Below, piece by piece: positions 17,547-29,000 of a stretch of DNA of 64,000 bases. The notes below the pieces were generated by a model. That model worked only from the letters and a program-made list of their open reading frames with translations, searched no databases and was not told the origin of the DNA. Where the stretch lies: NCBI GenBank assembly GCA_044226015.1, contig JBGAHS010000008.1, forward strand, positions 256,001 to 320,000, in the 5' to 3' direction. The position numbers and the translations under genes were made by a program. The stretch is from Candidatus Obscuribacteraceae bacterium. Its GTDB lineage: Bacteria; Cyanobacteriota; Vampirovibrionia; Obscuribacterales; Obscuribacteraceae. Each line of letters starts with the position of its first letter. Within the stretch, counting starts at the first letter, position 1.

Positions 17547-18679
17547 TTTTCTTAGCAATGGGAATGTTCACCGTAGGTTGCAACACTTACCTGGTTGCTG
17601 GTTTGCTTCCCCAGATTGGCGAAACGATTGGTCAATCTGTTGCAGTTGCAGGACAGGGTGTCAGCGTATTTAGCTTGACTTACCTGATTTCAGCACCACT
17701 GTTTTCTATGATTTTTGCAAACAAGCCGGTGAAGCAAATCATCCAGCTCGCGCTTGCCGTTTTCATTGCAGGAAACGTTGTAACCATGCTCTCTTCGAAC
17801 CTTCCACTCTTTCTATTAGGAAGAGCTTTCGCGGGAATTGGTGCCGGAATTTTCACGCCTCTTTGCATAGGCATTGCGGTAAACCTGGTGGATGCCTCAG
17901 CCAAAGGGCGCGTGCTCAGCCTCGTGTGGAGCGCTAATAGTGCCGGAGTAGTTTTTGGTGTACCTCTTTCGCTTTATCTCTCTTCGCTGTTTCAGTGGCA
18001 ATCCTCAATTGCTCTAATAGCAGGACTCGCAGCAGTTTCGCTTCTTGGTTTTTCATTGCAAAAGGCAGACATAAAGCTACCTGAGGCACCACCGCTAAGA
18101 GAGCGGTTCTTGTTGTTGGGAGATCCAAAAACACTTTCGGTAATCGGAATAAGTTGCCTCACAGCTATCGCGAGTCTGGGACTCTACTCCTATGTCACCC
18201 TCATTCAAGCAGGTTCGCCAAACTCGCTTAGCCTGGCGCTTTTCAGCTGGGGACTGGGCGGATTTCTCGGCAGCTCGCTCATCGGAATTCTGGTAGACAA
18301 AACAAAGAATCCTCGTTTAGTGATGGCTCTAGTCTTGCTCGGTCTGATGCTAACGCTGCTTTCAATTCCATTCACAAGAGCTCTACCGTTCCTCGGAGTA
18401 TTGCCGTTCTTTATGTGGGGATTCTTTGGTTGGTCGACAGTGACACCACAGCAAAAAATATTATTTGAACTGCATGAGAATCAAGGCACAATTCTCGCTG
18501 CCATAAACTCGTCAGCCTTTGGACTGGGTGCGGCTCTAGGTACACTATCTGGTGGGCTGATTATTACATCAGGTTTCAAGGAAATCGATCTGCCATTCGC
18601 TGCAGCATCACTGTTGCTCTTTGTTCTGATTGGACAACTAATCGTAATTAACAATTCAAAAAAGGTATGTAGCACATGA
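17531..18679 (+). CDS. MFS efflux transporter (DHA1-like)
   Basis: About 12 hydrophobic helices, with GLLPQIG and LLGRAFAGIGAG motifs. Confidence 0.9.
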   Translation: MWKNLIFLAMGMFTVGCNTYLVAGLLPQIGETIGQSVAVAGQGVSVFSLTYLISAPLFSMIFANKPVKQIIQLALAVFIAGNVVTMLSSNLPLFLLGRAFAGIGAGIFTPLCIGIAVNLVDASAKGRVLSLVWSANSAGVVFGVPLSLYLSSLFQWQSSIALIAGLAAVSLLGFSLQKADIKLPEAPPLRERFLLLGDPKTLSVIGISCLTAIASLGLYSYVTLIQAGSPNSLSLALFSWGLGGFLGSSLIGILVDKTKNPRLVMALVLLGLMLTLLSIPFTRALPFLGVLPFFMWGFFGWSTVTPQQKILFELHENQGTILAAINSSAFGLGAALGTLSGGLIITSGFKEIDLPFAAASLLLFVLIGQLIVINNSKKVCST

Positions 18680-19908
18680 GTAGACCTGTCGTAATAGTTG
18701 ATCCATTATCATCAGGAGTTGAATTGGCTCCAGCTTTCAAAGCTCGCGGCATTCCCTCGATAGCAGTCACTTTTGAGCCACTCGGCTGGAATGGATTTGG
18801 TTCTAAAATTCGTCGCTCGGACTTTATTGAAGTCGTTCCAGACCAACCAAATCTTGTTGAAGTATTGAGACAGTTTGATCCGCTAGTTGTACTTCCCGGC
18901 ACTGAGGAGGGAGTTCCTCTTGCAGATTCGCTGGCAAATGCATTGACACCACAGTTTGCAAATGATCCTACAAAAGCAGCAAACAGACTTCACAAAGCGC
19001 TTATGCAAGAGGCATTACATGCCGCTGGAGTCCCTGCTCTGAAGACACTCAATACTGCGTCCGAGCAAGAAGTTGAAGAGTGGCTCAAAGGAAACGGCTT
19101 GACCGATTCACCACTTATAATCAAGCCACCGATTTCTGCGGGTAGCGACAAAGTCTTCCACATTCCAGCTGGCGGCGATTGGAAAGCACCATTCAATCAA
19201 GTCCTGACAGAGCCTTCAAAGATCACCGGGAAGCCCAATGAGACTGTGGTGGTACAAGAACAAGCCGTAGGTACAGAATTTGCCGTAGGAACGGTGAGTG
19301 CAAATGGAAAACACTACCTGGCGCACCTGATCAAGTACAACAAAACAACTTACAATGGTCGCAAAACCGTATATGACTATGTTGAGTTTGTGCCTTTCAG
19401 CACCGAGCTGCACGGCGAAGTTTTCGAATACACAAAACGCGCTCTAGATGCAGTTGGTATTCGGTGGGGTGCGGCACACAACGAAATCATGTTAACAAAG
19501 AATGGTCCTCGTTTAATCGAAACAGGTGCGCGAATGTGTGGCGGTCCGGTTGTCGGTTTCGCGCGTGAAGCAAGCGGCAGCAGCCAGGCAGACAAGTTAG
19601 TCGAAATTTTCGCCGACGGAGATGTCACCACGAAAGAATATCAATTCAAGAAAACGGTAATGCCTGTGTTTCTCAAATCACCCGCGAAAGGCAGAATATC
19701 CAACGTAGAAGCACTAGCTGACGTGGTGAATCTTCCGACCTTTCTTAACGAAAACATCTTTTTCAAAAATGGTGACACGGTTCCACAAACAGTAGACTAT
19801 TTATCGAGCATCGGCATAGTTGCACTTGCAGGAAACCGTGAGCAAGCCTTACTTGATTACGCCAACATCCGCAACATGGAATCGCAGCTGGTGGTGCAGG
19901 AAGCTTAG
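18676..19908 (+). CDS. ATP-grasp ligase (L-amino-acid-ligase-like)
   Basis: HKALMQEAL, IIKP, QEQAVGTEF and HNEIML...LIETGARMCGG. ATGA overlap with the MFS gene. Confidence 0.9.
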   Translation: MSRPVVIVDPLSSGVELAPAFKARGIPSIAVTFEPLGWNGFGSKIRRSDFIEVVPDQPNLVEVLRQFDPLVVLPGTEEGVPLADSLANALTPQFANDPTKAANRLHKALMQEALHAAGVPALKTLNTASEQEVEEWLKGNGLTDSPLIIKPPISAGSDKVFHIPAGGDWKAPFNQVLTEPSKITGKPNETVVVQEQAVGTEFAVGTVSANGKHYLAHLIKYNKTTYNGRKTVYDYVEFVPFSTELHGEVFEYTKRALDAVGIRWGAAHNEIMLTKNGPRLIETGARMCGGPVVGFAREASGSSQADKLVEIFADGDVTTKEYQFKKTVMPVFLKSPAKGRISNVEALADVVNLPTFLNENIFFKNGDTVPQTVDYLSSIGIVALAGNREQALLDYANIRNMESQLVVQEA

Positions 19909-19916
19909 GAATAGGT

Positions 19917-19963
19917 AAAGAGAGAAAGAGAAGAGCCCTGACCATCTTTAGCCAGGACCCTTC
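19917..19963 (-). terminator. Rho-independent terminator of the giant gene
   Basis: Minus-strand hairpin GAAGGGTCCTGGCT-loop-GGTCAGGGCTCTTC (with G-U pairs), followed by TTTCTCTCTTT. Confidence 0.65.
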
Positions 19964-20043
19964 ACTTGTTTGAATTTGCAAATCAGCTCAGCTGTATTTC
20001 AGGCGAGCGAACCAGATGCGCGTCAGCGATTGGCACGCACCTC

Positions 20044-23000
20044 TTATCGGCTCACATTTGCGTATGCACTTATCTCATGGATGTTATCTGGATCTGTGTA
20101 CATCTTGTACACATCTCTGTTGCCATTCATGATCATCAAGATTGCGGCAGTCTTAGCAAGACGAGCAGAAATCTTTCTGGCTGCTGGATCTTTCGATGCC
20201 ACGATTTCGGAAAGTGGTTTGACAGCTCTGATAGCCGTCGGAATTGCAAACTCAGAAGTGTGCACCCACATGCCATTTTCAAGCGCGCGTCTCATTAGTT
20301 TGCGATGAGCAATTTCGGGCATGAGATTGAGTTTCGCAAACTCAGAGTTGTCGGTCGAGACTGTGACGTGTCGACCCGGACTCAAGAGCATTGTATGTCC
20401 ACAGGATTCTACTGTTACTCCGGTCTTCGAATGATCATCGAAGTTATGAACAGCCAAAGTGTCTCGCGAAGCGCTAACCAGCACAAGAGTGTTAGCTTTC
20501 AAGAATACTCGACCTACTGGTGTCACAACTTGTACATCATGTAATGGTGCAAGTAGCACGCTACCTTCTGTCAAAGTCGTGATACTCCTTAGAGGCAATG
20601 CATGGACATTGCTGAAAGCGGCGGGTTCTGCATCGGTGCAGAAAGCCAAGCTTTCGACACCGAATGCGGTGCTTGCAAATTTAGCGATAGCGCTACTATT
20701 TTCAAACGTAATCGCATTTGCATCCACTCTGGCGCTGGCTCCTACACTTGCGTCCGCTTCTACACAGGTGTTTACTCCTGTGGTGGCGTCCGCTCCTACA
20801 CTGGTGTTTCCAACATCAGTGTTGAATTCACGATTGGCATCCAAACTGAACCTGTTAGATGCAAGCAGCGAAGAAGCAGTCTTAACTACACCTCTCGAAT
20901 CGGCTGTAGAAGTATTCAGGTTGTACACATAGCTTCCAGAACTTACTATTGCGTCATCGGCTGTTGTTGGATGTACATACAAGTTAGGCAATGCCTGTGT
21001 TCCCGTGTACATCGGACGATTGTCTCGCGTCAGGACATGAGCAGATGTAATCGGTCCAGCCGCTGGCGCAAATGTAACAGGCTGTGCAATCACCGCCTTA
21101 GTTGTCAGATGTGCAGCGACAATCGGTGGGTCAGCAATGAAAGTCGTCGAGTTGACCTTTATCGATTGAGCTGGGAGATCACCGGTGTTGAAGATGACGT
21201 TAGCACCTTGGAGGCTGATGGTTCCGGTAGAAGCGGGGTCTATGCCGTTAGCACCCCAATAAGCTGTGCCAGAACTTCCACTTACAGTAATCGCAGTGGT
21301 GTTGCTACCAACCACTGGTGCAGATGGGGCTTTACCAATGAACACGCTGATGGTTCCATTTGTCTTGCTTGGAATAGCCACATAAGTTGCGATTGTGCTG
21401 CCGGCACCAATATCGATGGAGGCACCACTCACCGGGTTGCTATCAGCAATTGTGATGCTACCCGTGCTTGCTTTAGCAGATGGGGAACCTACCTGGATTG
21501 TAGATCCAGGCAAAACAGAGAGTGGACCACCGAAGCTATTTATATTGATAGGTCCATTTGCAACGCTCACGTTTCCGACGCTCATACTATTTGCAGGATT
21601 GCCGAGTGTTGTTTTCAGCGTTACGGATTTGTCTGCAGAAATGCTGCCATTTGCAAACAAGTTATTCATGGCTGTTATTGCTACAGTACCAGCGCTCGCG
21701 CTCAGTTTACTAGCGTTGCCCAAACTGATACTTCCTGCTTTCGAGTTCAAGGTGAGAGCTTTGCTTGCGCTCATGCTTGCATCCATCAGTAAGTCAGCCG
21801 CAGAATTAAAGGTGATGCTTGCGCCGGTGATCGAACTTGCAGCAGCCTTATCGATAATCTTGGAAGAGCCGTTAGATGTAACGGTTATTACTCCGTTTGG
21901 CGACGATAGGTTCATGCCACCAGAAATGGTGATATTGCCGGTCGAAGCCAACGTCGAACTGCTGCTAACTGTGATGCCAGTTAAGCCATTGATCTGATCG
22001 CCCAATGTGATGTTGTTGAACGAGGTGACGATCACCTTATCTGCGGCTTGAACTTTGCCAATAGAGCCAGCGATTACGCCGCCCTTCACGGCACTGAATG
22101 TCACAGATTTTGCTGCAGAGATATCTGCACCACTGGTATCTATCGCATTCACTGCGGCAGAAGCGCCAGACTTTAGCATCACAGTGCCATTGCTTGCAAC
22201 TATGTTGCCGGAAGAACGAAGCACACCGCTTGTAGCAGTTGTGGTTAAAGCAACTGACTTCAACGCACTAATCGGAGCACTAGAAGTTATATTGGTTAGC
22301 GCTGTTATAGCAATAGTTCCGTTCGCCGATGTTAGCGGAGCAGAGCCGACTGTGATGTCGCCTTTGACCGCGCTGAGCGTCAACGATACTGGTGCTGTCA
22401 CGCCGGCGTTTAGAGTTATTCCAGCAGCAGATGTGATGCTCACCTTGTCAGAGCTAATGCTTCCGGCAGACGCTGTGAACAATCCTGTTCCAGTTGTAGC
22501 CATTGTAATGGACGCACCAGTCTGCGTCGTAAGCAGGTTACCGTTTAGAGAAATCGCTCCGTTTTTCGCAGTTGTTTTCAGCGTAATGCCTTTACCAGCA
22601 CTGATGTTTCCAGAACTGATATCGCCAGCGGTACTGATTGTGAATGTTGCCGTTGCGCCAGTCGCAGACGATGCGCCAAGCGTCAAGGCAGACGTTCCCA
22701 AATTAGTGACGTTTACGACACCAGAGGAGTTAGCTGTTAGTTTGCCGGTGTTGACTTTCAAACTAATGCCTGCTGCACCAGTATTGAGGTTAACATTGGC
22801 CGCCTGGATCGTTCCAGCACTGACAATCTTGCCACTGCCACCAGTGCTCAGATCTATAGTCTTGCTTAGAGCAGTGCCTGTGCTCTTGCCTAAGGTAATG
22901 GTTCCAGCACTAGAGCCAAGCGTGCTTAGCGAAATCGAGCCCATATCGAGGAGCTGAGCCCCGGCAGTAATGCCACCACCACTATTGACAATGGTCAAAC

Positions 23001-26000
23001 TGCCAGTGCCAGGAGCTCCAGTAAACGACAGATTACCTCTTACAGCATTTGTCGCTTTGCTGGTAGATTTTTCGCCAAGCAAGAACGTGCTTGCATTGTT
23101 GGACGACAAGAAAATACTTCCAGCCGCACCACTACCGTCACCATTAGCACTCAAATTTCCATCCACAAGCAATGTAGAGCTTGCAGCAGGCAATGAACCA
23201 ATTGGTACTCCAGCTTTGAAGGTCATGCTAGCGCCCTTGCCACCACTTCCGGAGTTTGGACCCAGATTGAGCATTAAAGCAGATGGAGTGACTGTGAGAT
23301 TACCAGCTGTAGAGAAAGCAAAGGTACCACCATTCTTGCCACTAGCGTTAACTTGCAAGACACTGGAATTAAGTGTGAACGGAGAACTGTCGTTGCGCGT
23401 GTAAGTAACGGCACCTCCAGTGTCCATTCCAGAGCCCAGAGCATTCATAACAAGCGGAGAGGACGGAGTTGCTGTCAGCACATTTGCAGCGCTTAGATCA
23501 ATCGCTCCACCATTGCCGCTGAGATCGGGCACCACTGTCAGGCTGTTGCCAACCCCAGCGATGTTAATAATTCCAGTTCCTGCAAGCAAGCTCAATTTAT
23601 GCGCAACCGGTGCGCCTTTAACAGTGATCAAACCGGCAGAGCCGTTTGTGGAAACAGCTATACTTGCACGTCCTGCATTGACTGTTCCAAGATCAACCTT
23701 ACCACCGAGATCGGTACTAGCGACCTGGAATGTGCCTTGAATTACAAGTCCACCAGAAATTTGCACAGGAAGTGCTCCAGTTTGCGTTACGACTCCGGAA
23801 GAAATCGTCACAGTGCCCGATTTATCGAGATCGGAGGCAGCTGTGCTTATACCAACAATCTTGACTCCGTTGCCCATAACAGTAACGTTACCACTTGTTC
23901 CGCTGCCACCAGAAGTAGTGACAGTTCCAAGTTCGACAGAACCACCATGAGCCACCGCCAGCATATTGCCACCAGCACCACTACCAGATGTGTCGACGTT
24001 CACTTCGTGTCCAGATTGTCCAAGAAGTATCGAACCAGAACCGCTGTTAGGGTCAGCGTTCAAGGTATAAAGTACGCCGTTAGGTCCGATGGTTCCAGAG
24101 GTCGCTGGAGAGAACTTAAATCCAGCAATCATAACGAGAGCGCCACCGTCACCACTAGCATTGGATAAATCAAGCGTAGCAGCTGCACCAGTATTTACAA
24201 TATCGCCAGCAGATAGCAGGGCAAGTTTCGCTCCACTAAATTGCAACGACATACCATTCAAGTCCAATGGTCCAGTGCTGTTTGCTATGGTGCCTTTGAA
24301 CGGGCAATTGAAAATAAGTTGACTTCCAGGATTGCCGTGCAAATCGAATTTACCCTGGCTTCCTCCACTGCCATTCAAAACGATGTTGCATGTGTTTACG
24401 TTCACGGTGCTATTGTCAGTTGGGAAATCCAAAGTAACATTGGCTTCCAATGTGACAGACGAACTCATACTGCCATTTGCAGTCAGATTTACAGTACCAG
24501 CAGGGGATGTTCCATTGAAGATAAAGCCCTGACTTGCATTGAAGTACAGACTTGGATAAACCTTCGCCAACGAATTGTTGCTAGCAATGATGTTGATTCG
24601 ATTGCTGTCGCTTGCGTAGAATTTTCCAGTACCATCACCGCCGACAACGAGATCTTGACCGCTTGCACTGTCAATCTCGATGTTTCCAGCCGTAGCTATC
24701 AAATCGCCATTGTTGAGCAGGTTCATGTTTGTACCTGCGCCTTTGGTGCCATTGACAGTCAAGCCTGTAAATGTAATCGATTTTCCAGTAAGCGTATTTC
24801 CACTGAACACAGTTATACTGTCAGCCTTGAGCGTGAGCGCGCCAGTGAAAGTAGAGTTGCCATCACTAACGATGCCAGCAGCCGCAGTCAAACTAAAGTT
24901 ATCAGCGGAGGAAGCTCCCAAAAGCACCGGGCTACTGCTGCTATTGTTGATATAAGCAGAGCCAGCAGAACTGATGATTAGCTTGCCTGCATTAACATTC
25001 AAAGGCAGACCGCTAGAGCCGAGGTCGCCCTTTGTAGCGTTCAAGCTTAGCTGACCGTTACTGAGTACATTGAGCTGTCCAGAACCGCCACTTGTAATAC
25101 CATTTACGGTGCTCAGACCTCCAGCAATTCCCGAAGAAAGTGCATTGAAGTTTAGCGTTCCATTGATTGTAGCTTTATCAGTTACAGGCAATAGAGTAGT
25201 TGTCAAAACATTTGCAGTCACAGATGCGGGAACCAGCAACGAAGCGAATTTTCCACTATTTGTCGTCGGGAAGTTACCGTCAGTAATGATGAGACTACCA
25301 CCGCTTGCTTGACCAGAGGCATTGAGTATCAGGTTTTGCGTTCCAGATGCAGACTGCATGATTGCGACCCATTCAGCAGGTGTGATCAGTGTGCCCGCAT
25401 TAATAGCCCGTGGGCTACCGCCCTCCATAATCGTGACGGAGCCGCCAGATACGCCTGACGTGAAGATAATATTGTTGATATCGCTCGACGGAGCAGCGTT
25501 GCCATTAATCATTATGCTGTTGCCAGCGTTAATACCGCCTGCGGTTCCAACACCATTTGCGGCTGTGACGAAACCTACTCCAAAGAACCCAGACTTGATG
25601 TCCGCAGAATTAGTCTTGCTGTTGGAACTAAAATCAGCGTCAGCGAAGTAAGCTGCGCTACCTGGTCCAGAAGCTCCGGGCGAAGTGATGTTTACGCTAC
25701 CACCGACGCCTGCAAAGATAGAGTACTTCGCGAACGGGGAGGTCGTAAACGGGTTAGGTGAAGCACTCGTCGATGGACCATAAGCGGTTCCAATTGTCTT
25801 AGTCACACTCACTGTGTTGCCAGAAAGCGTTATGCTACCACCACCAGTGACACCGGCATTGTTCGAATCAGAGCCTCCTGCGACACCGAAGACAGCACCT
25901 CCACCTCCAGAACCAAGGCTGCCTGCCAAACCAAAGTCGCCCGCAGCACCGCCAGCAAGCATTCCACCGCCACCACCGCCGCGCACGCCGCTAGCACCAG

Positions 26001-29000
26001 CAGAACCGCCACCATAGAAGCCGCCGCCACCGCCGGAAGCACTGCTGCTCACAGCACCGCCACCACCACCGAAGCTACCACCGCCAGAGTAATATCCAGA
26101 AGCACCTCCACCCGCTGCTAGCACAGGACCATCAATTTGCAAGTCGGAAGAAGCTGATACATTGATTGCTCCAGCGGCTCCGCCACCATTGTAGAATGCA
26201 CCGGCTCCACCGCCAGAGACATTGATATCTCCAAGAACTTTAACAGTACCAGCACTAGAGCTAACTCCAATACTTCCGCCGCTGCCACCAGAACCACCAT
26301 AGTAGCCAGAGCCACCACCACCGCCACCACCATAGCTACGCAGATAGCCGGTTTGAACATCTGAGAGAGCCGTTATACTCAAGGTGCCGCCGTTTCCACC
26401 AGCTTGACCTTGACCGGACGGAACTCCGATGCCGCCAAGTCCAGATAGATCAATATTTGATGTTGCCACTTTTCCTGAAGAACTTGCTAGTGTGACACTG
26501 CCACTCGGCAATTGGACAGCACCGCTTATGGTGACGCCACTAGAGCCATTCAAGTTAAGAGCTCCATAGAGCGCTGTTGTGTTGACTCCGTTGAAGCTAA
26601 TCAGACCTCCAGTATTTACGGTCAAATTCGCACTACTTGCGTTTGCATTAATAGACATTCCATTCATCGTCACATCTTGAGATGTCGCGACATTAAGAAC
26701 GAATCTTCCGCTTGAAACGTTTACAACAAGTTGTGGAACTGTCACAACTCCTGTCGGAGAGAGGTAATCGAGGTTGACAGTTTGTCCAGCCGGACCGTAG
26801 AGAACAATTTTGCTTGTTCCAGGGTTGCTAGAGAAGCTGAGTGTTCCACCAGAGCTTTGAATTCCTCCAGCGAGGGAGGACGAACTAGCATTCAGCAAGC
26901 TAATGTTGCCCGCAACTAGTGACGAGTCTGCAAATGGAGAAGCTGATAGAGCGCCGCCAAAAGCACTACCAATAGTCTTGGACACCGTTATGCTGCTACC
27001 AGATAAGCTAATCGAACCGTTGTTATTGATCTGCGCAACAGTGTTGGAATCAGCACCACCGATACCGAATGCAGTGCCACCACCACCAGTTCCGAATGAA
27101 CCGGCAGTTCCACCGTCACCGGCAGCGCCACCACCAAAGATGCCACCGCCAGAACCAGCAAGAATACCAGCATTAGTACCTGAGCCACCTCCATAGAATC
27201 CGCCTCCGCCAGCACCGGCATTTCCGCCAGCAGCAGAGCCGCCACCTCCACCGAACGCACCGGCACCTGTCCATCCAGCATTTCCACCACCTGCAGCCAG
27301 GACTGGTCCATCGACTGTAAGTTTATTGCTAGCACTGAGTGTCACATTACCGCCACTTCCGCCGGCATTTGCGTAACCGCCTGCTCCACCGCCAGAGACG
27401 TTAATATCGCCAGAGACCGCAATGTTGCCTCCCGAGGTATTAGCATTTATGGTGCCGCCACTTCCGCCAGTACCACCGTAAGTACTGCTTCCTCCTCCAC
27501 CGCCACCACCGAAGGCTCGCAAATATGATGTGTTGATATCAGCGCCTGCTTGCAAGCTAATGGTTCCGCCATTACCGCCAGCTCCGCCACCAGCGTACAA
27601 ACTTGTGGCACCAGCTCCGCCCAAGCCAGACACGTTAATGTTCTTGGTGCTAATAGCACCCTGGGTGATCAAGCTTACCGTTCCAGATGGCAGAATGATA
27701 TCGCCGCTAACATTAATACCAAGCTGACCCTTGAGATTTACCGCACTGGAAGCAGCTGTTGAAGACACTCCAGCAAAGCTAATGTCACCACCAGTGGTTA
27801 CATTGAAAGAGCCTGCCTTGTTGAAGGTCAAAGTTCCAACATTGATGTTTTGATTAGCAGCTGTCACCAGCGAAACAGTCGCGGAAGGAACCATGAACTC
27901 GAACTGAGCTAAATTGAGGTTTCCGCTGCCGGTGTAATCTAGATTTAGTGACATTCCAGCTTGTCCGTAAAGGACAATCTTGTTTGGCAGTGAGCTGCTT
28001 GCGAAACTGAAGGTTCCGCCAGAGCTTTGAATATCACCCGCGATGCTTGTAGTGCCGGTGTTAAGCAGCGAGATATTAGATGCGACAATTGAAGATTTGG
28101 CAAACGGCGAGCTCGCCATTTGTGCACCATATCCTGTTTCAATTGTCTTAGATACCGTAATGCTCGTGCCACTTAAGCTGATGGAACCGTTGCGTCCACT
28201 CTGAGCAGCGCTTGAAGCATCAGTTCCGCCCACGCCAAAGACACCGCCATTAGCACCACCACCGACACCATAAGCTCCAGCTGCTCCGCCGTCGCCAGCT
28301 GCGCCAGCTCCGAGGAATCCACCTCCGAGACCACCGCTTGTGTCAGTAAACCAGGTTCCGGTTGAGCCGCCACCGTAGAAGCCGCCACCACCACCGCCAC
28401 CAGTGTTACCTCTGGCTCCGCCGCCACCACCGAAGCTTCCGCCACCGCTTGTACTACCACCGTCGCCACCGCCTGCGGCTAAAACTGGTCCGTCAATCGT
28501 CACCGCACCTGTAGAGGTGACATTCACGGCGCCTCCAGAGCCTCCTGGTCCGTAATATGCGCCGCCACCACCACCAGAGACGTTTATGTCGCCTTGAACA
28601 GTTACCGCTCCAGTTCCTGCTTTAAGCGTCACAGTGCCACCACTACCACCGGATGGTCCCCAGAATTGGCTTGAAGAAGCACCAGCTCCGCCACCACCGT
28701 AGGCGTGCAGATAACCGGTTGTGATGCCAGCTGCAGGTGCATAGGTTTGCAGACTAATGCTTCCAGCAGCTGCGCCGCCTGCTTGAGAAACGGCTCCACC
28801 AAGTCCAGAAACATCGATATTCTTAGTTGTAATCGAGCCAAGATTGCTAGTCAGTGTTACCGACGCACTTGCCAGCCGCAGATCACCAGTTAGAGTGACG
28901 CCATTGTCAGCAGAGAGGTTGAAAGTACTTCCTGCCGCGCTACTACTATTAGTGCCTGCCGCGCTAATAGTGCCAGTTGTGTTTGCAAAGAATGCACCAG

